Both the position numbers and the translations under genes were made by a program. DNA of 64,000 nucleotides from Escherichia coli (lineage in GTDB: Bacteria; Pseudomonadota; Gammaproteobacteria; Enterobacterales; Enterobacteriaceae), in assembly GCF_003018255.1 (NCBI RefSeq), contig NZ_CP027440.1; one strand, written 5' to 3'. This document shows positions 52,808 to 63,426 of the stretch, in pieces. Position 1 is the stretch's first letter, and the number at the start of each line of letters is the position of its first letter. The notes under the pieces are model-generated. The model saw only the letters and a program-made list of their open reading frames with translations. It did no database searches and was not told where the DNA came from.

Positions 52808-54190
52808 GTGGCAAAAGCTCCAAAACGCGCCTTTGTTTGTAATGAATGCGGGGCCGATTATCCGCGCTGGCAGGGGCAGTGCAGCGCCTGTCATGCCTGG
52901 AACACCATCACCGAGGTGCGTCTTGCTGCGTCGCCAACGGTGGCGCGTAACGAGCGTCTCAGTGGCTATGCCGGTAGCGCCGGAGTGGCAAAAGTCCAGA
53001 AACTTTCCGACATCAGCCTTGAGGAGCTGCCGCGTTTTTCCACCGGATTTAAAGAGTTCGACCGCGTATTAGGCGGCGGGGTGGTGCCGGGAAGCGCCAT
53101 TCTGATTGGCGGTAACCCAGGTGCGGGGAAATCCACGCTGTTGCTGCAAACGCTGTGCAAACTGGCGCAGCAGATGAAAACGCTGTATGTCACTGGCGAA
53201 GAGTCGCTGCAACAGGTGGCAATGCGCGCTCATCGCCTTGGCCTGCCGACTGACAATCTTAATATGCTGTCGGAAACCAGCATCGAGCAGATCTGCCTGA
53301 TTGCCGAAGAAGAGCAACCGAAGCTGATGGTAATTGACTCCATCCAGGTGATGCATATGGCGGATGTTCAGTCATCGCCTGGCAGCGTGGCGCAGGTGCG
53401 TGAAACGGCGGCTTATCTGACGCGCTTCGCCAAAACGCGCGGCGTGGCGATTGTCATGGTTGGGCACGTAACCAAAGATGGCTCGCTGGCTGGCCCTAAA
53501 GTGCTGGAACACTGTATCGACTGTTCGGTGCTTCTGGATGGCGATGCCGACTCTCGTTTTCGCACCTTACGCAGCCATAAAAACCGCTTCGGCGCGGTGA
53601 ATGAGCTGGGCGTCTTCGCGATGACCGAACAGGGGCTGCGTGAAGTTAGCAACCCTTCCGCCATCTTTTTAAGCCGCGGTGATGAAGTGACCTCCGGTAG
53701 CTCAGTGATGGTAGTGTGGGAAGGAACGCGTCCACTGTTGGTGGAGATCCAGGCGCTGGTCGATCACTCGATGATGGCGAACCCACGCCGCGTCGCAGTA
53801 GGGCTGGAGCAAAACCGTCTGGCAATCCTGCTGGCGGTGCTGCACCGTCACGGTGGGTTGCAAATGGCCGATCAGGATGTATTTGTTAACGTGGTCGGCG
53901 GCGTGAAGGTAACGGAAACCAGCGCCGACTTAGCGTTACTGCTGGCGATGGTTTCCAGCCTGCGCGACAGACCGCTGCCGCAGGATCTGGTGGTGTTTGG
54001 TGAAGTCGGGCTGGCAGGGGAGATCCGCCCGGTGCCCAGCGGCCAGGAACGAATTTCTGAAGCGGCGAAACACGGTTTTCGCCGGGCGATTGTTCCGGCG
54101 GCTAACGTGCCGAAAAAAGCGCCGGAAGGGATGCAGATTTTTGGCGTTAAAAAACTCTCCGACGCGCTTAGCGTGTTCGACGACTTATAA
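52808..54190 (+). CDS. radA: DNA repair protein RadA (Sms)
   Basis: (M)AKAPKRAFVCNECGADYPRWQGQCSACHAWNTI (zinc finger), Walker A GNPGAGKST, Lon-like C-terminus; GTG start at 52808. Confidence 0.95.
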   Translation: MAKAPKRAFVCNECGADYPRWQGQCSACHAWNTITEVRLAASPTVARNERLSGYAGSAGVAKVQKLSDISLEELPRFSTGFKEFDRVLGGGVVPGSAILIGGNPGAGKSTLLLQTLCKLAQQMKTLYVTGEESLQQVAMRAHRLGLPTDNLNMLSETSIEQICLIAEEEQPKLMVIDSIQVMHMADVQSSPGSVAQVRETAAYLTRFAKTRGVAIVMVGHVTKDGSLAGPKVLEHCIDCSVLLDGDADSRFRTLRSHKNRFGAVNELGVFAMTEQGLREVSNPSAIFLSRGDEVTSGSSVMVVWEGTRPLLVEIQALVDHSMMANPRRVAVGLEQNRLAILLAVLHRHGGLQMADQDVFVNVVGGVKVTETSADLALLLAMVSSLRDRPLPQDLVVFGEVGLAGEIRPVPSGQERISEAAKHGFRRAIVPAANVPKKAPEGMQIFGVKKLSDALSVFDDL

Positions 54191-54210
54191 TGAGAGATAC
54201 GGAGGGAGAT

Positions 54211-55443
54211 ATGTCGTCATTTGATTACCTGAAAACTGCCATCAAGCAACAGGGCTGCACGCTACAGCAGGTCGCTGATGCCAGCGGTATGACCAAAGGG
54301 TATTTAAGCCAGTTACTGAATGCCAAAATTAAAAGCCCCAGCGCGCAAAAGCTGGAGGCGTTGCACCGTTTTTTGGGGCTTGAATTTCCCCGACAGAAGA
54401 AAACCATTGGTGTCGTATTCGGTAAGTTCTACCCGCTGCATACCGGACATATCTACCTTATCCAGCGCGCCTGTAGCCAGGTTGACGAGCTGCATATCAT
54501 TATGGGCTTTGACGATACCCGCGACCGCGCGTTGTTCGAAGACAGCGCCATGTCGCAGCAGCCCACGGTGCCGGATCGTCTGCGCTGGTTATTGCAAACC
54601 TTTAAATATCAGAAAAATATCCGTATTCATGCTTTCAATGAAGAGGGCATGGAGCCATATCCGCACGGCTGGGATGTATGGAGCAACGGCATCAAAAAGT
54701 TTATGGCTGAAAAGGGGATCCAGCCGGACCTGATCTACACCTCGGAAGAAGCCGATGCGCCACAGTATATGGAACATCTGGGGATCGAAACGGTGCTGGT
54801 CGATCCGAAACGCACCTTTATGAGTATCAGCGGTGCGCAGATCCGCGAAAACCCGTTCCGCTACTGGGAATATATCCCCACTGAAGTGAAGCCGTTTTTT
54901 GTGCGTACCGTGGCGATCCTTGGCGGCGAGTCGAGCGGTAAATCCACCCTGGTAAACAAACTTGCCAATATCTTCAATACCACCAGTGCGTGGGAATATG
55001 GTCGCGATTATGTCTTTTCACACCTCGGCGGTGATGAGATCGCATTGCAGTATTCCGACTACGATAAAATCGCGCTGGGACACGCACAATACATTGATTT
55101 TGCAGTGAAATATGCCAATAAAGTGGCGTTTATCGACACTGATTTTGTCACTACCCAGGCGTTCTGCAAAAAGTACGAAGGGCGGGAGCATCCGTTCGTG
55201 CAGGCGCTGATCGATGAATACCGTTTTGATCTGGTTATCTTGCTGGAGAACAACACCCCTTGGGTGGCGGATGGTTTACGCAGCCTCGGCAGTTCGGTGG
55301 ATCGCAAAGAGTTCCAGAACTTGCTGGTGGAGATGCTGGAAGAGAACAATATCGAATTTGTGCGGGTTGAAGAAGACGATTATGACAGCCGTTTCCTGCG
55401 CTGCGTGGAGCTGGTGCGGGAGATGATGGGGGAGCAAAGATAA
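54211..55443 (+). CDS. nadR: Trifunctional NAD biosynthesis/regulator protein NadR
   Basis: MSSFDYLKTAIKQQGCTLQQVADASGMTKGYLSQLLN (HTH), NMN adenylyltransferase domain (GKFYPLHTGH) and kinase P-loop (GGESSGKST). Confidence 0.95.
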   Translation: MSSFDYLKTAIKQQGCTLQQVADASGMTKGYLSQLLNAKIKSPSAQKLEALHRFLGLEFPRQKKTIGVVFGKFYPLHTGHIYLIQRACSQVDELHIIMGFDDTRDRALFEDSAMSQQPTVPDRLRWLLQTFKYQKNIRIHAFNEEGMEPYPHGWDVWSNGIKKFMAEKGIQPDLIYTSEEADAPQYMEHLGIETVLVDPKRTFMSISGAQIRENPFRYWEYIPTEVKPFFVRTVAILGGESSGKSTLVNKLANIFNTTSAWEYGRDYVFSHLGGDEIALQYSDYDKIALGHAQYIDFAVKYANKVAFIDTDFVTTQAFCKKYEGREHPFVQALIDEYRFDLVILLENNTPWVADGLRSLGSSVDRKEFQNLLVEMLEENNIEFVRVEEDDYDSRFLRCVELVREMMGEQR

Positions 55444-55485
55444 TCATCTTTATAAGATGTTGAGTGGGATTACTGATTCAAAAGT

Positions 55486-55518
55486 GTACTTAGTACTCCA
55501 TTTTGGTGTACAATGTAC
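55486..55518. promoter_or_regulatory. Two palindromic operator-like sites overlapping the putative toxin-antitoxin promoter
   Basis: GTACTTAGTAC (55486-55496) and GTACAATGTAC (55508-55518), perfect 5-1-5 inverted repeats 22 bp apart centre to centre; TACAAT (55509-55514) is a candidate -10. Confidence 0.4.
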
Positions 55519-55534
55519 CTTCCAGGGAGGGGTA

Positions 55535-55867
55535 ATGGGTAAGGCGATAATATTTATAGAGACGCCAATGTTTACGCGTCAGATCAAGCAGATTGCAACC
55601 GATGATGAATTAAAGGAATTACAAAAAGAACTCATCGGAACTCCCGATAAAGGTGATCTCATTCAGCAGACTGGTGGATTGCGTAAAGTCCGAATGGCTG
55701 CGGGTTCACAGGGAAAAAGTGGCAGTGTCAGAATAATTTACTTTCTGGCGACGGAAGAGATTATTTATTTGATTATGGCCTATCCGAAAAATGCCAAAGA
55801 TAGTCTGACAGATACGGAAAAAGCTCAACTAAAGAAGTTGACGAAACTGCTCAAAGGCGAGATATAA
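55535..55867 (+). CDS. RelE/ParE-superfamily toxin (HigB-/Gp49-like 'addiction module killer'), 110 aa
   Basis: ATG at 55535 preceded by GGGAGGGG; MGKAIIFIETPMFTRQIKQI...GGLRKVRMAAGSQGKSGSVRIIYFLATEEIIYLIMAYPKNAKDSL resembles RelE/HigB-type toxins; toxin-first gene order. Confidence 0.6.
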   Translation: MGKAIIFIETPMFTRQIKQIATDDELKELQKELIGTPDKGDLIQQTGGLRKVRMAAGSQGKSGSVRIIYFLATEEIIYLIMAYPKNAKDSLTDTEKAQLKKLTKLLKGEI

Positions 55868-55868
55868 A

Positions 55869-56153
55869 ATGAGTTTTTTTGATGAGTTGAAAACCTCTCT
55901 GGAAGAGGCTGTCGAGATTAAACAAGGTTTAAAAGAACCTGCACGGGTGACCCGCTACGAAATTGCGGATGTTAAAGCTATTCGTGAGCAACTCAACGTT
56001 TCGCAAAGTGAGATGGCAAAAGCTCTGGGAACCAGTGTGGATACCATTAAAAGCTGGGAATCGAAGCGAAGAAATCCTACGGGATTGGCTGCAAAAGTAC
56101 TTGCCACAATTAAAGAAAATCCTGACTTTTTCCGGGAACTTGCCTCCCATTAA
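55869..56153 (+). CDS. XRE-family HTH antitoxin (HigA-like), 94 aa
   Basis: ATG 1 nt after the toxin stop; HTH segment QSEMAKALGTSVDTIKSWESKRRNP. Confidence 0.6.
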   Translation: MSFFDELKTSLEEAVEIKQGLKEPARVTRYEIADVKAIREQLNVSQSEMAKALGTSVDTIKSWESKRRNPTGLAAKVLATIKENPDFFRELASH

Positions 56154-56166
56154 TCATTTAACTAAT

Positions 56167-56196
56167 ACCGGATGCGATGCTGGCGCGCCGCATCCG
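56167..56196. repeat. REP element
   Basis: CCGGATGCGATGCTGGCGCGCCGCATCCGG palindrome between the antitoxin gene and the ettA 3' end. Confidence 0.5.
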
Positions 56197-56208
56197 GCAT
56201 TTTACGCA

Positions 56209-57876
56209 TTACTTCGCAATACGCTTGTACTTGATACGCTTCGGCTCCAGCGCGTCTGCGCCCAGCGTGCGTTTCTTGTACTCTTCGTACTCGGTAAAGT
56301 TACCTTCGAAGAACTCAACTTTACCCTCATCCTGGTAATCCAGGATGTGCGTGGCGATACGGTCGAGGAACCAACGGTCGTGCGAGATAACCATCGCGCA
56401 GCCCGGGAACTCCAGCAGGGCGTTTTCCAGCGCGCGCAGGGTTTCGATATCCAGGTCGTTGGTTGGTTCGTCGAGCAGCAGCATGTTGCCGCCAACTTGC
56501 AGCAACTTCGCCAGATGCAGACGACCGCGCTCACCGCCGGAGAGTTCGCCAACGCGTTTACCCTGATCAACCCCTTTAAAGTTAAAGCGGCCAACGTAGG
56601 CGCGGCTTGGCATCTCGGTGTTGCCGATTTTCATGATATCCAGCCCGCCGGAAACTTCTTCCCAAACGGTTTTGCTGTTATCCATTGAGTCACGGAACTG
56701 ATCAACCGATGCCAGTTTCACCGTTTCACCCAAAGTGATGGTGCCGCTGTCCGGCTGTTCCTGACCAGAGATCATACGGAACAGCGTCGATTTACCCGCA
56801 CCGTTCGGACCGATGATCCCGACGATCGCCCCTTTCGGGATCGAGAAACTCAGGGAGTCAATCAGCAGACGATCGCCATAGGATTTACGCAGATTGCTGA
56901 CTTCCAGCACTTTGTCGCCCAGACGCGGTCCAGGTGGAATAAACAGTTCGTTGGTTTCGTTACGTTTCTGATATTCGGTGCTGTTCAGTTCTTCAAAGCG
57001 CGCCAGACGTGCTTTACCTTTCGACTGACGGCCTTTAGTACCTTGACGTACCCACTCCAGCTCTTTCTCAATCGACTTACGACGCGCAGCTTCTTGTGAA
57101 GCTTCCTGCGCCAGACGCTGATCTTTCTGCTCCAGCCAGGAGGAGTAGTTACCTTCCCACGGAATACCTTCACCGCGGTCCAGTTCGAGGATCCAGCCCG
57201 CAACGTTATCGAGGAAGTAACGGTCGTGGGTAATCGCCACAACGGTGCCTTCGAAGTCGTGCAGGAAGCGTTCCAGCCAGGCCACGGATTCGGCATCCAG
57301 GTGGTTGGTCGGTTCGTCGAGCAGCAGCATGTCTGGTTTTTCCAGCAGCAGGCGGCACAACGCCACGCGACGACGCTCACCACCGGAGAGGTTAGCGATT
57401 TTCGCGTCCCAATCCGGCAGACGCAGCGCATCCGCCGCACGCTCCAGCTGAACGTTCAGGTTGTGACCGTCGTGAGCCTGAATGATCTCTTCCAGACGGC
57501 CCTGTTCAGCGGCCAGTTTGTCAAAATCGGCATCCGGATCGGCGTACAGTGCATACACTTCATCCAGGCGTTTCAGGGCGTTAACCACTTCAGAAACCGC
57601 TTCTTCAATGGACTCACGCACGGTGTGTTCCGGGTTCAACTGCGGTTCCTGCGGCAGATAACCAATCTTGATATCCGGTTGCGGACGCGCTTCGCCTTCG
57701 ATGTCTTTATCAATGCCCGCCATAATGCGCAGCAGGGTGGACTTACCCGCGCCGTTCAGACCCAGGACACCAATTTTTGCCCCAGGGAAGAAACTCAGAG
57801 AGATGTTTTTCAAAATATGACGTTTCGGCGGAACAACTTTGCCGACACGATGCATGGTATAAACGAATTGAGCCAC
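56209..57876 (-). CDS. ettA: Energy-dependent translational throttle protein EttA (YjjK), ABC-F ATPase
   Basis: 555 aa with two ABC cassettes (GLNGAGKST, GPNGAGKST); GTG start preceded by GAGG. Confidence 0.95.
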   Translation of the reverse strand: MAQFVYTMHRVGKVVPPKRHILKNISLSFFPGAKIGVLGLNGAGKSTLLRIMAGIDKDIEGEARPQPDIKIGYLPQEPQLNPEHTVRESIEEAVSEVVNALKRLDEVYALYADPDADFDKLAAEQGRLEEIIQAHDGHNLNVQLERAADALRLPDWDAKIANLSGGERRRVALCRLLLEKPDMLLLDEPTNHLDAESVAWLERFLHDFEGTVVAITHDRYFLDNVAGWILELDRGEGIPWEGNYSSWLEQKDQRLAQEASQEAARRKSIEKELEWVRQGTKGRQSKGKARLARFEELNSTEYQKRNETNELFIPPGPRLGDKVLEVSNLRKSYGDRLLIDSLSFSIPKGAIVGIIGPNGAGKSTLFRMISGQEQPDSGTITLGETVKLASVDQFRDSMDNSKTVWEEVSGGLDIMKIGNTEMPSRAYVGRFNFKGVDQGKRVGELSGGERGRLHLAKLLQVGGNMLLLDEPTNDLDIETLRALENALLEFPGCAMVISHDRWFLDRIATHILDYQDEGKVEFFEGNFTEYEEYKKRTLGADALEPKRIKYKRIAK

Positions 57877-57965
57877 GTTGGACTTCGCCTCTATGTTTAT
57901 CGTGATGATGAGTTTTCAAAGGCGAAGTGTAGCCTGTTTCCTTATCTAATCCCAGCCGGTCGATC

Positions 57966-58075
57966 ACCCTCGCAGTATACTCGTCATACTTCAAGTTGCA
58001 TGTGCTGCGCTTACGCTCGCTCACCCCAGTCACTTACTTCTGTAAGCTCCTGGGGACTCACTCACTTATCGCCTT
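57966..58075 (-). repeat. ERIC (IRU) element
   Basis: Reverse complement contains GTGAGTCCCCAGGAGCTTACAGAAGTAAGTGACTGGGGTGAGCGAGCG, matching the ERIC core inverted repeats. Confidence 0.55.
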
Positions 58076-58211
58076 CCTGCAACTCGAATTATTTAGAGTA
58101 TAAAAGTAAAAAAGTGTCCGTAACGTGGCGTAAACGGCAATGACTGGTTAGCATAAATCTATTACGCGGCATGACGCTGCATTGATGTATTTACACTTAG
58201 AGGATGCGCTT

Positions 58212-60149
58212 GTGGAAAAAGCCAAACAAGTTACCTGGCGGCTGTTGGCTGCCGGTGTCTGTCTGCTGACGGTCAGCAGCGTGGCGCGAGCCGACTCACT
58301 GGATGAGCAGCGTAGCCGCTACGCCCAAATCAAGCAGGCCTGGGATAATCGACAAATGGATGTGGTCGAACAAATGATGCCTGGACTGAAAGATTATCCG
58401 CTTTATCCCTACCTGGAATACCGTCAGATCACCGATGACCTGATGAATCAACCGGCGGTGACGGTCACTAACTTTGTTCGCGCTAACCCCACGCTTCCTC
58501 CCGCTCGCACGCTGCAATCTCGTTTCGTCAATGAACTGGCGCGGCGTGAAGACTGGCGTGGCTTGTTAGCCTTTAGCCCGGAAAAGCCCGGAACTACCGA
58601 AGCGCAATGTAATTACTACTATGCGAAATGGAACACCGGGCAGAGTGAAGAAGCCTGGCAAGGGGCGAAAGAGCTGTGGCTAACCGGCAAGAGCCAGCCT
58701 AACGCCTGTGACAAGTTATTTAGCGTCTGGCGTGCGTCAGGTAAACAAGATCCGCTGGCGTATTTAGAGCGTATCCGTCTGGCGATGAAAGCGGGTAACA
58801 CTGGACTCGTAACAGTGCTGGCAGGGCAGATGCCTGCCGATTACCAGACTATCGCCTCGGCAATCATTTCACTGGCGAACAACCCTAATACGGTACTGAC
58901 CTTCGCGCGTACAACCGGAGCGACCGATTTTACCCGTCAAATGGCGGCGGTGGCGTTTGCCAGTGTGGCGCGGCAGGATGCTGAAAATGCACGGCTGATG
59001 ATCCCGTCGCTTGCCCAGGCGCAGCAGCTTAATGAAGATCAGATTCAGGAGCTGCGCGATATCGTCGCCTGGCGTTTGATGGGCAATGATGTCACCGATG
59101 AGCAGGCGAAATGGCGCGATGACGCCATTATGCGTTCGCAATCTACTTCGCTTATTGAACGGCGCGTGCGAATGGCGCTTGGCACCGGCGATCGTCGCGG
59201 CCTGAATACCTGGCTGGCGCGTTTGCCGATGGAGGCGAAAGAGAAAGATGAATGGCGTTACTGGCAGGCGGATTTACTGCTGGAACGCGGACGTGAAGCT
59301 GAAGCAAAAGAGATTTTGCATCAACTCATGCAACAGCGTGGTTTCTACCCGATGGTTGCAGCACAACGCATCGGTGAAGAGTATGAGCTGAAGATTGATA
59401 AAGCGCCGCAGAATGTTGACAGCGCCCTGACTCAGGGGCCGGAGATGGCGCGCGTGCGCGAGTTGATGTACTGGAATCTCGATAATACCGCGCGTAGCGA
59501 GTGGGCCAATCTGGTGAAGAGCAAGTCAAAAACAGAGCAGGCGCAACTGGCTCGGTATGCTTTCAATAACCAATGGTGGGAACTTAGCGTTCAGGCAACG
59601 ATCGCCGGGAAGCTTTGGGATCATCTGGAAGAGAGATTCCCGCTGGCCTACAACGATCTTTTCAAACGTTACACCAGTGGGAAGGAGATCCCGCAAAGCT
59701 ATGCGATGGCGATTGCCCGTCAGGAGAGCGCCTGGAATCCGAAAGTGAAATCACCGGTAGGGGCCAGCGGCCTGATGCAGATTATGCCGGGCACGGCGAC
59801 CCATACGGTGAAGATGTTCTCTATTCCTGGTTATAGCAGCCCTGGGCAATTGCTGGATCCGGAAACGAACATCAACATTGGCACCAGTTACCTGCAATAT
59901 GTTTATCAGCAGTTTGGCAATAACCGTATTTTCTCCTCAGCAGCTTATAACGCCGGACCTGGACGGGTGCGAACCTGGCTTGGCAACAGCGCCGGGCGTA
60001 TCGACGCTGTGGCATTTGTCGAGAGTATTCCGTTCTCCGAGACGCGCGGTTATGTGAAGAACGTGCTGGCTTATGACGCTTACTACCGCTATTTCATGGG
60101 GGATAAACCGACGTTGATGAGCGCCACGGAATGGGGACGTCGTTACTGA
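58212..60149 (+). CDS. slt: Soluble lytic murein transglycosylase Slt70
   Basis: (M)EKAKQVTWRLLAAGVCLLTVSSVARA signal peptide, superhelical domain, C-terminal lysozyme-like ES-GLMQ motif; GTG start at 58212. Confidence 0.9.
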   Translation: MEKAKQVTWRLLAAGVCLLTVSSVARADSLDEQRSRYAQIKQAWDNRQMDVVEQMMPGLKDYPLYPYLEYRQITDDLMNQPAVTVTNFVRANPTLPPARTLQSRFVNELARREDWRGLLAFSPEKPGTTEAQCNYYYAKWNTGQSEEAWQGAKELWLTGKSQPNACDKLFSVWRASGKQDPLAYLERIRLAMKAGNTGLVTVLAGQMPADYQTIASAIISLANNPNTVLTFARTTGATDFTRQMAAVAFASVARQDAENARLMIPSLAQAQQLNEDQIQELRDIVAWRLMGNDVTDEQAKWRDDAIMRSQSTSLIERRVRMALGTGDRRGLNTWLARLPMEAKEKDEWRYWQADLLLERGREAEAKEILHQLMQQRGFYPMVAAQRIGEEYELKIDKAPQNVDSALTQGPEMARVRELMYWNLDNTARSEWANLVKSKSKTEQAQLARYAFNNQWWELSVQATIAGKLWDHLEERFPLAYNDLFKRYTSGKEIPQSYAMAIARQESAWNPKVKSPVGASGLMQIMPGTATHTVKMFSIPGYSSPGQLLDPETNINIGTSYLQYVYQQFGNNRIFSSAAYNAGPGRVRTWLGNSAGRIDAVAFVESIPFSETRGYVKNVLAYDAYYRYFMGDKPTLMSATEWGRRY

Positions 60150-60173
60150 TCCGCACGTTTATGATATGCTATC

Positions 60174-60191
60174 GTACTCTTTAGCGAGTAC
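60174..60191. promoter_or_regulatory. TrpR operator in the trpR promoter (autoregulation)
   Basis: Palindrome GTACTCTTTAGCGAGTAC about 50 nt upstream of the trpR ATG. Confidence 0.6.
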
Positions 60192-60223
60192 AACCGGGGG
60201 AGGCATTTTGCTTCCCCCGCTAA

Positions 60224-60565
<342 letters not shown>

Positions 60566-60570
60566 TTTTG

Positions 60571-61177
<607 letters not shown>

Positions 61178-61216
61178 TCAGAAAATTAACGTTACAGCAG
61201 TATACGGAAAAAAAGC

Positions 61217-61864
61217 ATGTTACAGGTATACCTAGTCCGCCACGGTGAAACGCAGTGGAACGCCGAGCGACGTATTCAGGGCCAGTCTGACAGCCCGCTG
61301 ACAGCCAAAGGTGAGCAACAGGCGATGCAGGTGGCAACCCGTGCCAAAGAGCTTGGCATTACGCATATCATCAGTAGCGATTTAGGACGGACCCGGCGCA
61401 CGGCGGAAATCATCGCCCAGGCCTGCGGCTGTGACATCATCTTTGATTCTCGCCTGCGTGAATTAAATATGGGTGTACTGGAAACAAGAAATATCGATTC
61501 ACTCACCGAAGAAGAAGAGAACTGGCGTCGGCAACTGGTCAATGGCACCGTTGACGGGCGTATTCCTGAAGGCGAGTCAATGCAGGAGCTCAGCGATCGC
61601 GTTAATGCGGCACTGGAATCTTGCCGGGACTTACCGCAGGGAAGCCGACCGCTACTGGTGAGCCATGGTATTGCACTGGGATGCCTGGTGAGTACGATTC
61701 TCGGATTACCAGCATGGGCAGAGCGCCGCTTACGTCTGCGTAACTGTTCTATTTCGCGCGTGGATTATCAGGAAAGCTTGTGGCTGGCGTCTGGCTGGGT
61801 GGTTGAAACCGCAGGGGACATCTCGCATCTGGACGCCCCTGCATTAGATGAGCTGCAGCGTTAA
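61217..61864 (+). CDS. gpmB: Probable phosphoglycerate mutase GpmB (YtjC), histidine phosphatase family
   Basis: MLQVYLVRHGETQWNAERRIQGQSDSPLT (RHGE catalytic motif); 215 aa. Confidence 0.9.
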   Translation: MLQVYLVRHGETQWNAERRIQGQSDSPLTAKGEQQAMQVATRAKELGITHIISSDLGRTRRTAEIIAQACGCDIIFDSRLRELNMGVLETRNIDSLTEEEENWRRQLVNGTVDGRIPEGESMQELSDRVNAALESCRDLPQGSRPLLVSHGIALGCLVSTILGLPAWAERRLRLRNCSISRVDYQESLWLASGWVVETAGDISHLDAPALDELQR

Positions 61865-62730
61865 CGACGGATCGGAATCAGCAGTTCACAGCGCAGATTA
61901 ATTGGGCGATCTCCCGCTTTGGCATCTTCTGCCGGGTAGTATCGCTCAATATCCTGACCTTTACGGCGCGTCAAGTTAAGCATTGGCATGCACGTTCCGT
62001 ATACCGTCAGGATAAACTCCTGCACGCCGGTTCCCAGACCTTCATAGGTAAACATCACATATTCGCCGCCCTGCAACATCACCGGATGCCCAGTCAGTAC
62101 ATAGCCATCTGCCTGATCCTGAGCTAACGCGGTGGTGTAGAACACCTCTTGTTCGTCGTCTTTATCCTGGCTCGGACGTGTTTCGTTCAAACCGTAAAGC
62201 ACTGGTGGAATGGTTGGCGAGTTGCCGAGAAAATCGTGCCAGAACTGGTAGCGCATTTCATGGCGGAAATCAGAGATTTGCTCCAGCGAACAGGAGTAGC
62301 TCTGGGTAACACCAATCAGCGGCGTATCTTCCAGGGTGACAAATTTGTGCTCTGGCATAGTGAATTCACCCAGACGCAGCGGCGGGCGAATACCAAAGGC
62401 GCTCCATTCAGGAGAACGGCGGTAAAGTGCAGGAGTCTGGGCAAACTGCTTCTTGAAAGCGCGGGTAAATGTCTGTTGAGAGTCGAAGCGGTATTGCAGC
62501 GCGATGTCCAGAATCGGACGCGCAGTCAGGCGTAGTGCGACCGCCGATTTCGACAAACGACGAGCACGAATATACGCGCCAATAGCATGGCCAGTGACAT
62601 CTTTAAACATTCTCTGTAAGTGCCACTTGGAATAACCTGCTTTCGCCGCTACATTGTCGAGCGACAGGGGCTGATCCAGATGACCTTCCAGCCAGATTAA
62701 AAGGTCGCGAATAATGCCGGCCTGATCCAT
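61861..62730 (-). CDS. rob: AraC/XylS-family right-origin-binding protein Rob
   Basis: MDQAGIIRDLLIWLEGHLDQPLSLDNVAAKAGYSKWHLQRMFKDVTGHAIGAYIRARRL... 289 aa; overlaps the gpmB stop. Confidence 0.95.
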   Translation of the reverse strand: MDQAGIIRDLLIWLEGHLDQPLSLDNVAAKAGYSKWHLQRMFKDVTGHAIGAYIRARRLSKSAVALRLTARPILDIALQYRFDSQQTFTRAFKKQFAQTPALYRRSPEWSAFGIRPPLRLGEFTMPEHKFVTLEDTPLIGVTQSYSCSLEQISDFRHEMRYQFWHDFLGNSPTIPPVLYGLNETRPSQDKDDEQEVFYTTALAQDQADGYVLTGHPVMLQGGEYVMFTYEGLGTGVQEFILTVYGTCMPMLNLTRRKGQDIERYYPAEDAKAGDRPINLRCELLIPIRR

Positions 62731-62940
62731 AAAATATCCTCATCCTTTCAACAACGAGCACCTGACATCAGGTAATTGGATAATAGCATTTTTTGCTGTT
62801 TTAGCATTCAGTGTTTTTTTCTTAGTAGAGTATGTTTTAGGGCTTGACGGAAATAAAAGTATTGAGATTTTGTTCTTAATCAATATGTTATTTACCGTGA
62901 CGAACTAATTGCTCGTGTAATAGATAAAAATGGTAACAAT

Positions 62941-63414
62941 ATGAAATACAAGCATTTGATCCTGTCTTTAAGCCTGATAATGCTGGGGCCATTGGCTCAT
63001 GCAGAAGAGATTGGTTCGGTCGACACCGTATTTAAAATGATCGGCCCGGATCACAAAATTGTTGTGGAAGCCTTTGACGATCCCGATGTGAAAAATGTCA
63101 CCTGTTATGTGAGTCGGGCGAAAACCGGTGGTATTAAAGGGGGATTGGGCCTGGCAGAAGATACCTCCGATGCGGCCATTTCTTGTCAACAAGTCGGGCC
63201 GATTGAACTGTCGGATCGTATTAAAAACGGCAAAGCTCAGGGCGAGGTAGTATTCAAAAAACGCACGTCCCTGGTCTTTAAGTCGTTACAGGTCGTGCGC
63301 TTTTATGACGCTAAACGCAACGCGCTCGCTTATCTGGCTTACTCCGACAAAGTTGTAGAAGGTTCGCCGAAAAACGCGATTAGCGCGGTTCCTGTCATGC
63401 CGTGGCGGCAATAA
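62941..63414 (+). CDS. creA: Periplasmic protein CreA
   Basis: [50 protein letters not shown]... 157 aa with signal peptide. Confidence 0.9.
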
Positions 63415-63426
63415 CAGAGGCGATTT

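Noticed and set aside
57226-58143. 305-aa plus-strand ORF
   Set aside because: Antisense to ettA and running through the ERIC element; composition artefact.
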